Source: Chiloscyllium plagiosum | Taxonomy: Eukaryota | Direction of reading: 5' to 3' | DNA length: 64,000 bases | Assembly (NCBI RefSeq): GCF_004010195.1 | Contig: NC_057718.1 | Coordinates: forward strand, 21,791,066-21,855,065 | In this document: positions 25,426 through 38,934 of the stretch, in pieces | How the letters are laid out: the number at the start of each line of letters is the position of its first letter | Position numbering within the stretch: the stretch's first letter is position 1 | The notes under the pieces: generated by a model | What the model saw: only the letters and a program-made list of their open reading frames with translations | What the model was told of the DNA's origin: nothing | The model's database searches: none | Made by a program: the position numbers and the translations under genes

Positions 25426-27279
25426 CTTCAAAGACAAAGTCAAGAAAATTGATTAATTGTTATCATTCATTTTTTGTAATAAAGCAACCAGCTCTAAATT
25501 GAGTGCCTTATTCAATATTATATGAAATCAGCTAAATATTTATAGCAATAGATTTATATTTAGAATCCACTCCCAATTATTACTTTATAAACCAACAGTT
25601 TAAAGTGGCTATATCAATCAGTTTCTTAGTCCTGCAAATATTTTAGATATACCCTGCTCCAAAATGAAACCTCACATTGGTCTGAAAATCAGTTTCTTAA
25701 TAAAAATCTTGAATAAATTAGGATTGCAAACCTGAAACTGCTTCAGAGTGAAAATGCATGAATTTTAATTGTGCAGTCACAAAGAAAATAGGACCACTTA
25801 TGGGCATTCATTTCCAAAGCTGCTCCATTATTCAATTAGAAAATGATCTTTTGTCACAAACACCGACAGTAAAGATGATAAGCACAGAAAAGGTTCATAC
25901 CATCTCAAAACTACAATGAAATTACATTTAAGCTTGCTATCTTATTGTGTACTCTTGGCTACTGGGACATTTTCAGATGCATAATTCATACATTGTGGCA
26001 TATCTATGTTAAAAGAAATATCAGTTATGAATGTAACTGAAAAGACAGCTTGTCAAAACTTTGTCTTGCACTCATCAGGACATTTGCAAAAATACAGACA
26101 AGTGGGAACAATATTTTTGTACTGTATGAGAACATGTTGATTGCAACAATCAAAGTCCATTTGCCAACCAATGGAAAATGCCTGACTCTTAACTGCCAAA
26201 CTGCATTTAAATTTAATATGAGATGGTTATCAGGTGTCATTGTAGGGTCCTCTTTTGGGCAATGGTTCCTTCTGTCAAATTGCTAAACAACTAATTCTGG
26301 TGTCGGTATAAACTGATCCACAGGTAAAATCACCATTTTCCACTGTTGTTCCTTTAAGTCTTGCATGTGAAAATTTGTGTTCAGGTCCTTTACGTCATGT
26401 TTATAAGCATTCTTGAAGTGGGGTTTTGGATGCTGTAGTGGCTTTCTGGTACTGGCTTCTTCCCATATAGCATATACTTGGGAATGCAAGGCATAATATC
26501 TAGCATACACGGCTCTGCTTGAAGTGCACAAGGTAAATGGGAGATATACTTTTGAGAGACATTCATGACTTATTCCTTCTATTGGAAGGCATTGAGCAAC
26601 ATAAACACTGAAAAATCAAATCACTAACACTAAGAAACCCAACTAATTGGTCAAATAATTCAATGTTGTGGTCAAAAGTTCTAAAAAAAAAAATCCATTT
26701 TTTCCATATCTGCTAAATTTTATATTTGAAGCATTTTAAGATTTTCTTGGAACTGTTAGGTTTGACCTTCATTTCCACACTTGGTAGCCTCTGTTTTTAG
26801 TGGTGTAGGTTATTAAATTTTTTATTTCTTTTCACAAGACCAGTTACCTTTTACACATAATTACATTTTAGCTCTTAGATCTTCACAGCAATCAAACTTA
26901 CAGATGGTACATTACTTTGATGAAATTAAGCATTCTAGATTTCAATATCCCAGGAAATCTTAAGCATTACATCCTATTTTTTAGGCTTTGTAACTACTTC
27001 AATCTTTGAATCCTTCATGGTTATCGTATATAAAAGTGTGTCTGCTCATGTAACGTGAAAGGGAATATCAAGGAAAATAGTTTTTTTTGTTCTTTCATGG
27101 GATGTGGGGCATTATTGAAAAGGACATTTGTTGCTGATCCCTAAGTTTTCATGAGGTGGTGGTGAAGAGCTGCCATCTTGCTGCAACTCTGAATGTAGAC
27201 AGACTCTCAGGACTACTCGAAAGTGAATTCCAGAGATCTTGAACCAGTGTCAGTGGAGGTAGGGTTATAGAGTTCTAAG

Positions 27280-27491
27280 AGAGAAAGTGAGGGCTGCAGA
27301 TGCTGGAGATCAGAGCTGAAAATGTGTTGCTGGAAAAGCACAGCAGGTCAGGCAACATCCAAGGAACAGGAGAATCGACGTTTCGGGCATAAGCCCTTCT
27401 TTCCTGAAGAAGGGGTTATGCCCGAAACGTCGATTCTCCTGTTCCTTGGATGCTGCCTGACCTGCTGCGCTTTTCCAGCAACACATTTTCA
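27280..27491 (+). mobile_element. 212-bp palindromic PLE-type insertion with 16-bp target-site duplication
   Basis: gttatagagttctaag at 27264-27279 and 27492-27507; ~86-bp inverted arms spanning 27316-27492. Confidence 0.88.
27402..27433 (+). ncRNA. putative minimal type I hammerhead ribozyme (intact core)
   Basis: TC-CTGAAGA-A-GGG-gttatg-CCC-GAAA-C-GTC-GA; predicted cleavage after C27431. Confidence 0.6.
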
Positions 27492-28169
27492 GTTATAGAG
27501 TTCTAAGTCAGGATGGTGCGAGACTCAGAGGGAAACTTATAGCTGATGATGTAGGATGAACAGAAGTTGCCCTAAATCTCCTGTTTATTTCCTGTGGTTT
27601 TACTATCAAATTAGCCTATGGCACTACTGATACAAATATACGCAAGCATTAAGAACAAGCATTTGTTGTTGAGCAGGAAATGGATCATTCTACAGCTTTT
27701 AATGTTTGGCTCTTCACCACATTTGAAACAAGGATGAGGAAAAGATGCTCACGGGCAGAGGGTAAAGAAAGAAAAATGGATAAACCATGAATGCTAAGTT
27801 GAAAATCAAGATGAAGTTTTTTGTTGCAAGTTTTGTCCAAGTGACATTTTCTAATCAGTCAGGCATCTAGTAAATATGTGGTGTGTTGTATGTGCTGTGA
27901 CTAGTACTTCAGATTCTTGTTTCATGGGAATCCAGCATTTATTGCCCATTCATAATTTTCCTTGGCGTGGTGATGGTGAGCTGCCTTCACTTTTCACTGT
28001 CTCTTCCTAGATATCTGTGACAATAGAATCATTTATTCATCCATTCTGGAACTGCTGCAATCCATGTGATGTGTCAATATGAAATTATGAAAGGAGCTCC
28101 TGAATATTTATAGTTTAATACAGTTTCCTGATGGTACTCTTCTGCGTAAGTGCAGTATATTCATTCTTG

Positions 28170-28562
28170 GGATAAGTGTGTTGTTGGCATTTATTGCTCA
28201 TCCCTAAGTGCGCTTGAGAAGATAGTGGTGATCTACCTACAACTGAATGGCTTGGCAGGCTATTTCAGAGAGCAGACAGAAGTGCAGATGCTGGAGATTA
28301 GATTCAAGATTAGAGTGGTGCTGGAAAAGCACAGATCAGGAGCAGGAAAATTGATGTTTCAGGCAAAAGCCCTTCATCAGAAATGGGTCTGGAATCACAT
28401 GCAAGGTAGGGCAGCAGATTTCCTTTTCTAAACAATCCAGCAGGATTATTAACAAGTCTAGAATTCTAGATTGAATAATGAATAGATTTGAACTCAACTC
28501 CATACATTTATCTAGGCCTCTGAATTACTAGGCCAGTAACATTACCACTTTCTAATCATCCC
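28170..28562 (-). mobile_element. second-family SINE interrupted by a single-arm hammerhead-bearing insertion (about 28272-28384)
   Basis: Insert is homologous to 43539-43655; minus strand CTGATGA-A-GGGC-TTTT-GCCT-GAAA-CATC. Confidence 0.7.
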
Positions 28563-29049
28563 CATAGTCCTTTCTACTGCCAATGTCCTGAGGTACTTCA
28601 TAGAAATAACAAACAAAATTTGAGACCGAGGTACATGGAATGATGTTAGGACAGACAGCCTAAACCTTGGATAAAAATGTTCAATTTAAAGGAACATCTT
28701 GAAGGAGGAAACAGGGTTAAGGAGGGAGTTCCACATGCTAAACTTTTGTAGGTACAGCTAATTGTGCAGAAATTAAAATCTTAGAGGCTCAAGAGGCCTG
28801 AATTGGAGGAGTGCAGGTACTCTCTGGGCTTTGGGGCTTGCCAAGATATGTAAGAGCAAGACTATGAAGGGGTTTGAAAACAAGGCTTTGAATGTAAAAG
28901 ATTAAAGCTCTGCTTAATTAGGGGCAATGCAGATCAATGAACACAGGGGTGATAGGTGAATGGGTCTGCAAATTAGGACATAGGAACCAGAATTTGGATG
29001 ACTAGATTGATGAAGGGTAGAAGAAAAGAAACCGGTCAGGATCATATTA

Positions 29050-29651
29050 AGAAGCATACAGTGTGTTAGGTTTCATTCGTAGAGGGATTGAGTTCCGGAG
29101 CCGCAATATCATGCTGCAACTATACAAAACGCTGGTGTGGCCACACTTGGAATACAGTTCTGGTCCCCATATTTCGGGAAGGATGTGGAAGCATTGGAAA
29201 AGGTGCAGAGGAGATTTACCAGGATGTTGCCTGGTCTGGAGGGAAGCTCTTATGAGGAAAGGCCGAGAGACTTGGGTCTGTTCTCATTGGCAAGAAGGCA
29301 GCTAAGAGGGGATTTGATAGAGACATACAAGATGATCAGAGAATTAGACAGTGAAAGTCTTTTTCCTAGGATGATGACGTCAGCGTGTACGAGGGGGCAT
29401 AACTACAAATTGAGGGGTGATAGACTTAAGACAGATGTCAGAGGCAGGTTCTTTACACAGAGTGGTAAGGTCGTGGAATGCCCTATCTGCTAATGTAGTC
29501 AACTCAGCCACATTAGGGAGAGTTAAACAATCCTTAGATAAGCACATGGATGATTTTGGGATAGCGTAGGGGGACGAGCTGAGAATAGTTCACAGGTCGG
29601 CGCAACAGAGGGCCGAAGGGCCTGTTCTGCGCTGTATTGTTCTCTTATTCT
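29050..29651 (+). mobile_element. young CR1 3' fragment inserted in an older LINE relic
   Basis: QFWSPYFGKDVEALEKVQRRFTRMLPGL; atatta at 29044-29049 and 29652-29657; near-identical to 60215-60765. Confidence 0.9.
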
Positions 29652-30764
29652 ATATTAGGGCAGTGAAGTCTAAAGTAAAAGAACTATGCTTGAAGATGTC
29701 AGCAGCAGATGAACTGAGGCAAAGTTGGAGTTGACAACATCACTGAAGTAGAAATAGGCAACCTTTATGACAGAACAGATATATGGATGGAGTCCCAATT
29801 TATATCAAACCATGTTTCTAGTTTGAAAACTGCTTTGTTGGTTGTATCTATTGCAATGAGAAAGTACTTGGCAAACTAACAAAGCATGGAATAAATGGCA
29901 TAGAGATGTTTGGTCTTGTTAGAATGAAGATGACGCAAGGGCTGTTTATTTTCCCTCCCAAACAACTTTCTAAAAGCATTTTATTTGTATTTTTTTTGAA
30001 AGAGTTAATGGTCTCCTGAAAATGTTTGAGAAAAGCTGTTTTAGTCCCTATTTAACATTTATGTAGCTTTTATGATCATATGCAAATCCTAGTTAGACAT
30101 CTCTTAGGACAATGTTTCAGATTATACTGCTCTCTTACTCATAGCACTACTGGTGACTAAGTACAGCTGCTGTTTTGATATTCTGATGCCAGAGATTTGA
30201 GATCAAAACAATCAGTAGAATTCAACCACTTGTAATACCTTTCATGAGAAAACACACAGAATGGCTTGTGAGAGTGTCCCATTGCTGCTGACAGGGTCAC
30301 TACTCTCACTTTCTTCAGTTAACGAAGAACAACCGGGTTATTTTTCTGAGAAATGTATCAGCCACGAAAGAGCAGAGCGCATCCCTCTACAATGCAGTAG
30401 TGGGCTTGAAGTAGGTCCTTCCCAAATGTCATTACCATGACTTCTATCAATGTAATCTTCAATTTATTTTTGAAAAACGTATTAATGGTGCTGTCAGAAT
30501 AATAATAAAACCTACTGACAAGTGAGGTGGTACTTATGCATTTATAATTTTGAAAAAATATACAAGAGGTTTGTCTTCTTTTTCCTCCTAAACGCTTCAC
30601 TTAGAGTACAATCCTTATCCTGAAGTAATGGCAATTAAAATAACCTTTTCAGCTTTATTTTTAACTTGGTCACTATCATTTGGAATTGCTACACAGTACA
30701 TGATTGTTTGGAAGCCAAATATTAATGAAGTGTCATCAGCCATCAGCCTGCAAATGGAACATAC

Positions 30765-30915
30765 TTCAGTTCCTGCGCGATGGCAGCAATCTGCTCCACT
30801 CGGTCCTGGTGTGCAGCCAGGTCACTCTCAAATGCCTCATGTTTTCTCAGTAAAGCCCGCACTTCAGTCAAGGAGGCAGATTCATAATCTTTCTGCATCA
30901 AGGTATAGTCTTTCC
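30765..30915 (-). CDS. ACTN2: alpha-actinin-2 exon 12 (151 nt)
   Basis: [53 protein letters not shown] acceptor, GTATGT donor. Confidence 0.96.
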
Positions 30916-32059
30916 CTGGGTAATACAAGAATCTATATTAATTCAGTTAACTTTTTCCTCAAAGCATTTCAAATGTTTAGTTCAAGATTCCTTTTAAAAA
31001 GAGATCAAGATGGGTTATTTTAATTTGTGATTTTTCTTCTTTATGATATGCTTGGAGACTGTTCAGCCCATCGAGTCCTGCCAACTCTGTCACACAATCA
31101 AATCAGTCCCATTCCCCTGCTTGATCCTCAGTTTTGCTAAATTTACTTTCCTCATGTTATCTAAATTCCTTATAAAATCATTCATTGTCTCTGAATGCAC
31201 CATCCTCACAGGCAAGTTCTTATTACCACTCTCACGTTAAAAAGGTTAGGTTGTCATTTCCTGCAGGAGGGGCATGTTACATGTGTTTCCAAGCTTTTGT
31301 ACAATCTGTTACAACCTTTTGAATAAATGGCACACTTCAAGAAGAAACAATTTTGCAGTATACCCACTTGTTTCCTCCATCATCTCAATTTTATCCCCTT
31401 TGGCTATATTAATTTAGAATGTTAGAATCAAAAAGACCGATACCATGCTTTTAACTTGATGATTAAAACTTTCATGCATTTTGAGGCATTATTTTGATTG
31501 AGTAGAACATTAAGATGAAACAATGTTTGCCTAACATTGATTTTCATTACCTTTGTACAAAATTTCACAACACACTTGGATAGTCATCATGGCACACCAG
31601 TTGAAAACTGCTTGTCTAAACCTTTCAATCTTGTACACTTCTATTATACCTCCCTTCAATCTCCTTTGCTGGAAGAGATTTATTGTACTGTTTTTTATTT
31701 TTTTAAAATAATTACTTCTGTTTGAACCACTACTGATTCTTAACAGATCGTAAGCTTTCAAAAGATCATTTATACACACTGGTGTATCTCCTGTTGCATT
31801 GGTCACAGCTGAGTTGCCAATAGGGTTTAGTGTGGGAGTAGCAAGAGGAAGATCGAGGTGGGATAAGTTGTATGTGCAAAAAACTATTGCAATCGCAGAA
31901 CAGCTGCCAACATGGACAGAAAAGATCATACAGTATTTTCAAAGACAATCAGTTCTCTCCTGTTATCAACCAACAGACTCTCATTATTGGTTGAGATCTT
32001 GTGTGCGCAAATTAGCTGCTGCAGTTCCCCATAGTCTTTATTTTGGTTTCAACTTAGTT

Positions 32060-33160
32060 AAGAAAGTAAGTTGTGAAGACGATATGAGGGGGTTACAAAG
32101 ATTATGGATAGGCTACGTGAATGGGAGAAAATCTGGTGAATAGAGTATGACGTGGGAAAATGTGAAATTGTCCATTTTGGGAGGAAGAATAAAAGTGCAG
32201 CATGTTATGTAAATCATGAAAGATCGCAGAGCTCTTAAGATGCAGAAGAATCTGGGCATTCTTATGCATGAATCACTAAAGGTTAGTCTGTGGTGAAACC
32301 AGTAATTAGGAAAGCTAATAGAATATTACATTCTATTATTTTATATAATATTGAAAGCTAATATTGTTTATTGAAAGGTGAACTGAATACCAAAGCAAGG
32401 GTGTCATGTTTCAGTTTTACAGGGCATTGATGGGGTCACATCTGAAGAATTGTGAATAGTATTAGTCTCTTTACTTAAAGGAAGACATGAATGTAGTGGG
32501 CGGCACGGTGGCACAGTGGTTAGCACTGCTGCCTCACAGCACCAGAGACCCGGGTTCATTTCCCACCTCAGGCAACTGCCTGTGTGGAGTTTGCACATAC
32601 TCCCCGTGGGTTTCCTCCGGGTGCTTCGGTTTCCTCCCACAGTCCAAAAATGTGCAGGTTAGGTGAATTGGCCATGCTAAATTGCCCGTAGTGTTAGGTG
32701 AAGGGATAAATGTAGGGGAATTGGTCTGGGTGGGTTGGCTTCGGCAGGTCAGTGTGGACTTGTTAGGCAAAGGGCCTGTTTCCACACTAAGTAATCTAAT
32801 CTAAAAGAAGTTCGGAGAAGATTTACTAGATTAATACTTGGAATGCGCAGGTTGCTTTAAGGCAAGATTGGACAGACTAGGTTTGTAATGGCTGGACTTT
32901 TGAAGAATAAGAGGTAACTTTATTGAAGCATATAAGGTACTGAGAGGTCTTAACAAGATAGATGTAGGAAAGATGTTTCCTATTTTGGGTGAGTCGGGAA
33001 ATAGGGATACTTGTTTAAAAATAAGGCATCACCCATTTAAGTCTGAGATAAGGACTAATTAATTATTTATTGGGGCAGGCAGACTTGTGAAGTAATCAAA
33101 TCAGCTATGATCTTAATAAACAGCGGAACTGGCTCAAGTATCTGAGGAGCCAACTATTTT
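32060..33160 (+). mobile_element. decayed CR1 3' portion
   Basis: gggaaaatgtgaaattgtccattttgg (GKCEIVHFG) and CR1-like 3' UTR. Confidence 0.75.
32498..32804 (+). mobile_element. HE1-like SINE
   Basis: gggcggcacggtggcacagtggttagc head, (TAATC)n tail. Confidence 0.9.
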
Positions 33161-33486
33161 CTTAACTCTCCTGATGGATTTTTTATTTCATTTAATGTTG
33201 GAGTGGCCATTATAAATTGGTACCTGGAAGCACAGGCAGACTGGAATAGAGGAAACACAGATAGACAAAGGAATGGAGAACAATATGCCCAATCAGTATT
33301 TTTTATCAAAGAATTGACTATGACTGCAAACTAGGAAACTATCTTTTAGTAAAATAATTAGTTAAAAACTTCTAACATGCGTATTCTCCATGGACTGATC
33401 AATAATGCTGTTGGAACCAATATAAAACTTGACAATACGGAAACACATGAATGGCATAGTTTGTCACATTAATGGTGGTGCCTTAC

Positions 33487-33634
33487 CATGTGACCACATT
33501 TCATAAGTTGTGGCTTTCTGTCTGAATTTTTCAGCCAGATGATCCAATCGCTCCAATCGTCTTATTTCTGTCTGAAGCCACTCTTCATATCCCTTTTCTG
33601 CCTGTTCAAGGCGTTGCCAAGCACCTGCAATGTC
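33487..33634 (-). CDS. ACTN2: alpha-actinin-2 exon 11 (148 nt)
   Basis: [65 protein letters not shown] is ACTN2-type. Confidence 0.96.
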
Positions 33635-33959
33635 CTAGATAAAAATTAGAAGAATCAGATCTTTTTCTAATTTGCTCTATCCTTCTGCATCATAAATCAA
33701 CTATGACCATAGCACAAGTACATTCACAAGAATCCATCAAGGCAAACCTGAATAGATCACTGAACAAGAGAAATTTTAGGGTCTTCCTTTCCCATCTGGA
33801 TCTGCCAATCATCCATGTGAGAAAGCTCAGTATTTTAACATTAAACACCATGCGAATCTCTTATTCCCTATCTCAACTATTATCTTTACCTCTTTGACCA
33901 TGCTTATATACTTCCAATCATGATTTGCTTATTTTTGTACAGTTTTAAACCTTGAATAA

Positions 33960-34597
33960 GTCAGACAAAGGAGAGCCAGTGGATGTCATCTACTGGATTT
34001 TCAGAAGATGCCACAAAGGAGGCTGCTAAATAAGATAAGAGCCCATGGTGTTAGGGGCAAGGTACTGGCATGGGTAGAGGATTGGCTGACTGACAGAATG
34101 CAGAGAGTCAAGATAAAGGTTTTTTTTCCAGGATGGCAGCTCGTGACTAGTGGAGTTCTGCAAGCATCACTGTTGGGACCAAAACTATTCACGATATACA
34201 TTAACAATCTGGACAAAGGAATTGAGGGTATTGTTGCCAAGTTTGCAGATTATACAAAGATAGATGGAAGGACAGGTAATGTTGAGGAGGTGGAGCAGCT
34301 GCAGAAGGACTTAGACAAGCTAGAGCTGTGGGCAAAGAAGTGTCAGTTGTAATTCAATGTAGGGAAGTGAGAGATTAATATATTTTAGTAGGAAGAATAG
34401 AGGCATAAGCTATTTTCTAAATGGGGAAAGGCTTCAGAAATCCGAGGCACAAAGGGACTTTGGAGCCCTGGTTCAGGATTCTCTTTAGATGCAGGTTCAG
34501 TTGGCAGTTAGGAAGGCAAATATAATGTTAACATTCATTTTGTGTGCTAAAATACAAGAGCAGAGATGTACTGCTAAGGCCATAAAAGGCTCTGGCC
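33960..34597 (+). mobile_element. CR1 RT fragment
   Basis: ORF 34008..34352: LLNKIRAHGVRG...SLLGPKLFTIYINNLD...KFADYTK. Confidence 0.85.
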
Positions 34598-34674
34598 ACA
34601 AGTGTAGTAGATAAATTTTACAAAACCACCTTAATAACGTTACAAATTTACCACAAGAATTTTAGTTAACATAC

Positions 34675-34905
34675 TGAAACCATTTTTCCCTCAGAGGGCA
34701 TGAAGGCTGGTCTATTGCTGATCCTCAGCTTGGTCTGCAAAGTGTTGAAGTTGATTTCCAACTGACACTTCTCCTGAATTTTGGGAGGCTTGTGTAAACG
34801 ACGGTAGTCTCGGAAATCTTCCAATTTCTGCTGCATTGCTTGCATAGTCTTCTCAGAAGATCGATTTTCCAACCAAGGGATGGTCTTCTTAATCCATTGT
34901 AGCAA
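34675..34905 (-). CDS. ACTN2: alpha-actinin-2 exon 10 (231 nt)
   Basis: [15 protein letters not shown]...[18 protein letters not shown] (ORF track 34666..34905); TAG acceptor, GTATGT donor. Confidence 0.96.
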
Positions 34906-36189
34906 CTAACAGGGATAGGAACACAAATTTACTAACTAGAATCATTCTGCATATTCACAGGAGTTTGTCTGAACTCCTATTTCTGCACTCACCCTCCACC
35001 ATTTCCAATACCTATGGGTTTATTTTCCCCGTTCAATGTAGTACGAGAAACTTTTCACTTCATATTCACACATTCTTCGGAATCCAATCGCAAATAAAAT
35101 AGATTAAACCTACAGACTTGTAAACAAGTAGAGTTTAATAATTGGAAGTAGGAAAAATGTATCAGACATCTTCGACTTAACTATTTAATCTCCAACCTAT
35201 GATCTGAAAATGGAAATCATACAAAAGTGAGTTTTCTGACAGAAGTGAGAAAAATGCTTAGAATCTATATTTTCTAAGATTGAGAAATTATTGCTATTGA
35301 TACACACTGGTATGCTATTTTTCCTGGACATATACTTAAACAATAGAAATACACTTTTTTCAATTTCCTACATTCAAAGTTTTATTTAAACACAATTGGG
35401 CATGGATATAATTTCAATCTTTCACAGAACAATTTAATTGGGAGACAAAGCTTTAACATATTGAAGGAAAATAGGCAGAAAGGCGGAAAGCCAGACCAAA
35501 AAAATGAACAAAACAAACTTGGATCAGCATAAAGCTTTACACAATCTTAAGACTGATTAAAGTGGCTTACAGTTAATTAAGTATTTCTGAAGCACAGTCA
35601 CTATTGTAAAGCTGTAAAGGGAGGGAAGATGATAGAACAGGAGCATATATTCAATAGTTTTTTTGTTCATCATTTAGAATCAAATATTTTACATCACCCA
35701 TTTTGTCCTTTCACCTTCTAATGTAAACATACCGACATCAAAATTATTTTACACAATTTCCAAATTAATTTTCTTCCATCAGATCATTTTCTTACTTTTG
35801 AAGTTTTCATTTTAATATTAAATATAACAAGGACAACAAGGGATGTGCTCAAGAGACTGACACAAAGGAATATTTTTGTATGGTCTTTCTATAAGTTTCC
35901 GGAACTCCTGGTTTCTTCAGGCCTTTTCCCTTTCAACTACTGATGTTCTAAATGGTTGGGTATGGCAAGTGATGCGGTAGAAAGGGAGAGAGAACAAAGA
36001 GTCTCAGATGTCTGACACTGCAGCTCTGACCAACTATAGCAATGTAGCAAAACAGAGCCAGGTAAAAGTTGTATTTTTTTAAATATCCTCCTGATTTCAT
36101 TGGCTTTCAAAAGTAATGTAGCTCAGATCAGCATCCATTTAGTAGCAAGTTGTATTATGCTTGTTCTCTTCAAAGTTTAAAAAAAAATT

Positions 36190-36392
36190 AAAATTGCTGT
36201 AGTCTTACCAGACCTTTGGACTGCTCCCTTATTACAGACAGACAGCTGGTGGCGATTTAACCTGAGATCACCACACTTCAGATAAGGGGAGAGGTTAAGG
36301 AGAGTCCTTCACAGTAACTTCAGCTGGTGCAGGAATTGAACATACACTAGTGTCACGGATTGCAAACCAGCCATCCAGCCAACTGAACTAAA
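36190..36392 (-). mobile_element. tRNA-derived SINE, third family (old)
   Basis: Minus strand tagttcagttggctgg (A box) ... gttcaattcc (B box); a similar head lies at about 54780-54855. Confidence 0.6.
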
Positions 36393-36561
36393 ACAACTTG
36401 CTTCTCATCTCCAAGTGTGGTTAAAGCTTTGATTATAAACTACAATATTCTTCCTTTCAGTTTTAGCATTGGCCAATACTTTAATCTGAACTCTGTTGAA
36501 TGAATGGTAAAGGAAAAGAGAAACATTTCAATTATTAATATCAGAGTGTTTCTGAGTTTAC

Positions 36562-36654
36562 CTCACTGGCCAGCCTCTCATACTCTGCCATTGACTTTTC
36601 ATTCTCTTGATTCACTGCCAGTATCTTGCAAATCCTGTTGGCTGCCATCTCAGC
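36562..36654 (-). CDS. ACTN2: alpha-actinin-2 exon 9 (93 nt, neck and start of spectrin repeat 1)
   Basis: [35 protein letters not shown] boundaries. Confidence 0.95.
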
Positions 36655-38209
36655 CTATAATCAGAAATAAACCACATCTGAGACAAAGATACATGTGCAC
36701 AAAACATAAAATGTAATTGGAGCATTCTGCTCATGAAGACAATTTAGTGTTTAAAAGTGAGTAGCTTTGTTGAACCATTGTGTATTTATGAGAAATGGAA
36801 AATCACCAAAAAAATTTCAAAAATGGAGCAAAACAAAATTTATTGATTACAAATTTATCGAAAGCTTCCACGGATCAAATGCAATGAAAAATGTATGTAC
36901 CATATTTGAACCATGTTAGAATGTAAAATGAAAACAATGTAAACCAACACAAACATGTTAGTCAATAAATGAAAAGTCTTGGCAATGCTACATTTTCTTA
37001 GCTGGTAAATATTAATATGGCACATGTATACATACTACACGTCTTTCCAGTATATTTTGATGTCCAACTTATTTAGTTACAAGAGTTGCAATTCTCAATC
37101 TGAACACTTTAATATACGTTTTGAACTTTCACATCATTTTGAAAGATAAGCACCCCTGGAAAAATGGCTCAAATTTGGGAACAAATTGCCTCCAACTGGT
37201 TCTATATCCTGTCCCATTGGCAACTCAAAGTGGGAGGAGTAGCATGGTGGCAGGAGTGCGGGAGTATTGACAAGCTCTGCTTTGGTTTGCTCTCTCTTCT
37301 TCAAATGTCATTCCTAAGGTGGTTCCAGGAGAATTCAAGGTTCCCTAGATAGAACTTCATTATGGCCAGCATTTTTGTGCTCTGCAGCTCACTCAATCCC
37401 CTTGTGTATTATTTTAGCCACTGGAATAGCATTTCTAGTTGTCTTGCTTTATTGCTCACCTCCCCTTCATTTTTCTGTCCCTCCTTCCTCTCATTTTGCC
37501 TATCCCTGTTCTGATTTCTCCAGGTTCCTCCTCTCCATCTCCCTTTCCTTTACTTCAGTCTTTTTCTTCCTGTTTATCCTTTTCAACTTTCCTAATCAAA
37601 ATTCTCACTAGGACATATTTCTAGAACTTCAACCAATTGCTTAATTCTTTTACTTAAGGACTGAGACAAATAAGTACTGCTTGGCCATCCATCAACGTCA
37701 TCAGGACTGTGTGCTACTGAGCTCATCTGATGGCTACATGCAGGTGTTTTTGCCTCCCTACCCCTCCTCCCCAAAGTTCACGGAGATCAATTAAAGTACT
37801 AATACGACTAATATGATGATGAGATCATTCAGTTCAGCACAAGAGGGTTTAAACCCAGGGTCTTCTTGATTTGCATAATTGAATAATACACTATATAATT
37901 CATCTGTTCAGCAAACTATCACAACAGTTCCTTGAAGGATGTTTATAATTGATCTGAATTCTTGTGTTAGAATGCTGAAATTCTATGAGTATTGTAAATA
38001 ATAATTCCAAATTTTGAAATGACTGCATTAACTCTGTCTCCACCTCTTATTTTGTATTGCACAAAAACATGTTAGTAATGGCACAGCCACACAGTTATTC
38101 AAACATCAAGATCTGGCCATCAATTTATCAGATGAGGCACGACTCTCATGCAAACAAACGAACACTTCTCTGGCACAAAATTAATTGGGACAACACAACA
38201 TTAGAGTAC

Positions 38210-38295
38210 CTGCTCTGCTCCAGCAAAAGCATGATAGAAACACGAAACGTACGTCATAAGAGCCCTCTGATCAGGTTTGGGTGTATTCACAATAT
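38210..38295 (-). CDS. ACTN2: alpha-actinin-2 exon 8, second (downstream) alternative, 86 nt; resembles the usual muscle ACTN2 exon
   Basis: [29 protein letters not shown]; pyrimidine tract plus CAG acceptor, GTACTC donor. Confidence 0.93.
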
Positions 38296-38934
38296 CTGGT
38301 GAGGGGGGAAAGCACAAGGACAGGGGTAGAAAAAACAAGATGGAAAGCAACAGTTCACATTTGCCTTTGGAAGGATGGTGGGGTTATAATTTTGTCCATT
38401 TCCTAGTTTTAGCAAATGCATTTCCCCACCAACATTCTTGCTGTTTTGCTAAAATTAATAAAGGAAGTGAAATATAGCCTTCATTTCATTAGAGAGGCCT
38501 CTTCGGAGGAAATCTCTATTGTTGCACAGTGTATCTTTCAGTAAGAAATTTCTATAAAGTTGTAGAATGTTCTGGAAATATATGAGTTTGTATATGCATA
38601 TATAAATAAATACGCACACAAATGCTGATGTTAACTGACCCAACAGTGCTTTTTTAAGAGACCTCTAGTGTATGTTATATCAGAAGGAATTTTTTTTGTT
38701 GATCAAGGTAACTGCTTAATACTGACAACTGCCATAACAGAAGAAACCAAAGAACCAACCTCAGAGCAAGTGATAGAAAGGAATTACAGTACTATAAAGG
38801 ATTCAAATAAGAAAAAAAAAGTGAATAGAAACATAAAAAGATAAATGACCCATTCAGACAATGCAAGATGTAGAAGCTGGAAGTCAGAAGGTTGAGGTGT
38901 AAAGGTTTGAGCTGTCCATAGTTTTTGACCTCAC

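Noticed and set aside
27316..27492. Reading the palindrome as a miRNA precursor, CRISPR repeat or terminator
   Set aside because: It is a multi-copy insertion with a target duplication in a eukaryotic intron, with no repeat-spacer array; small-RNA production cannot be judged from sequence.
32498..32575. tRNA-like sequences with A and B boxes (also near 6730, 8430, 12830, 22750, 36330)
   Set aside because: Each continues into a SINE body and LINE-like tail; these are SINE heads, not tRNA genes.
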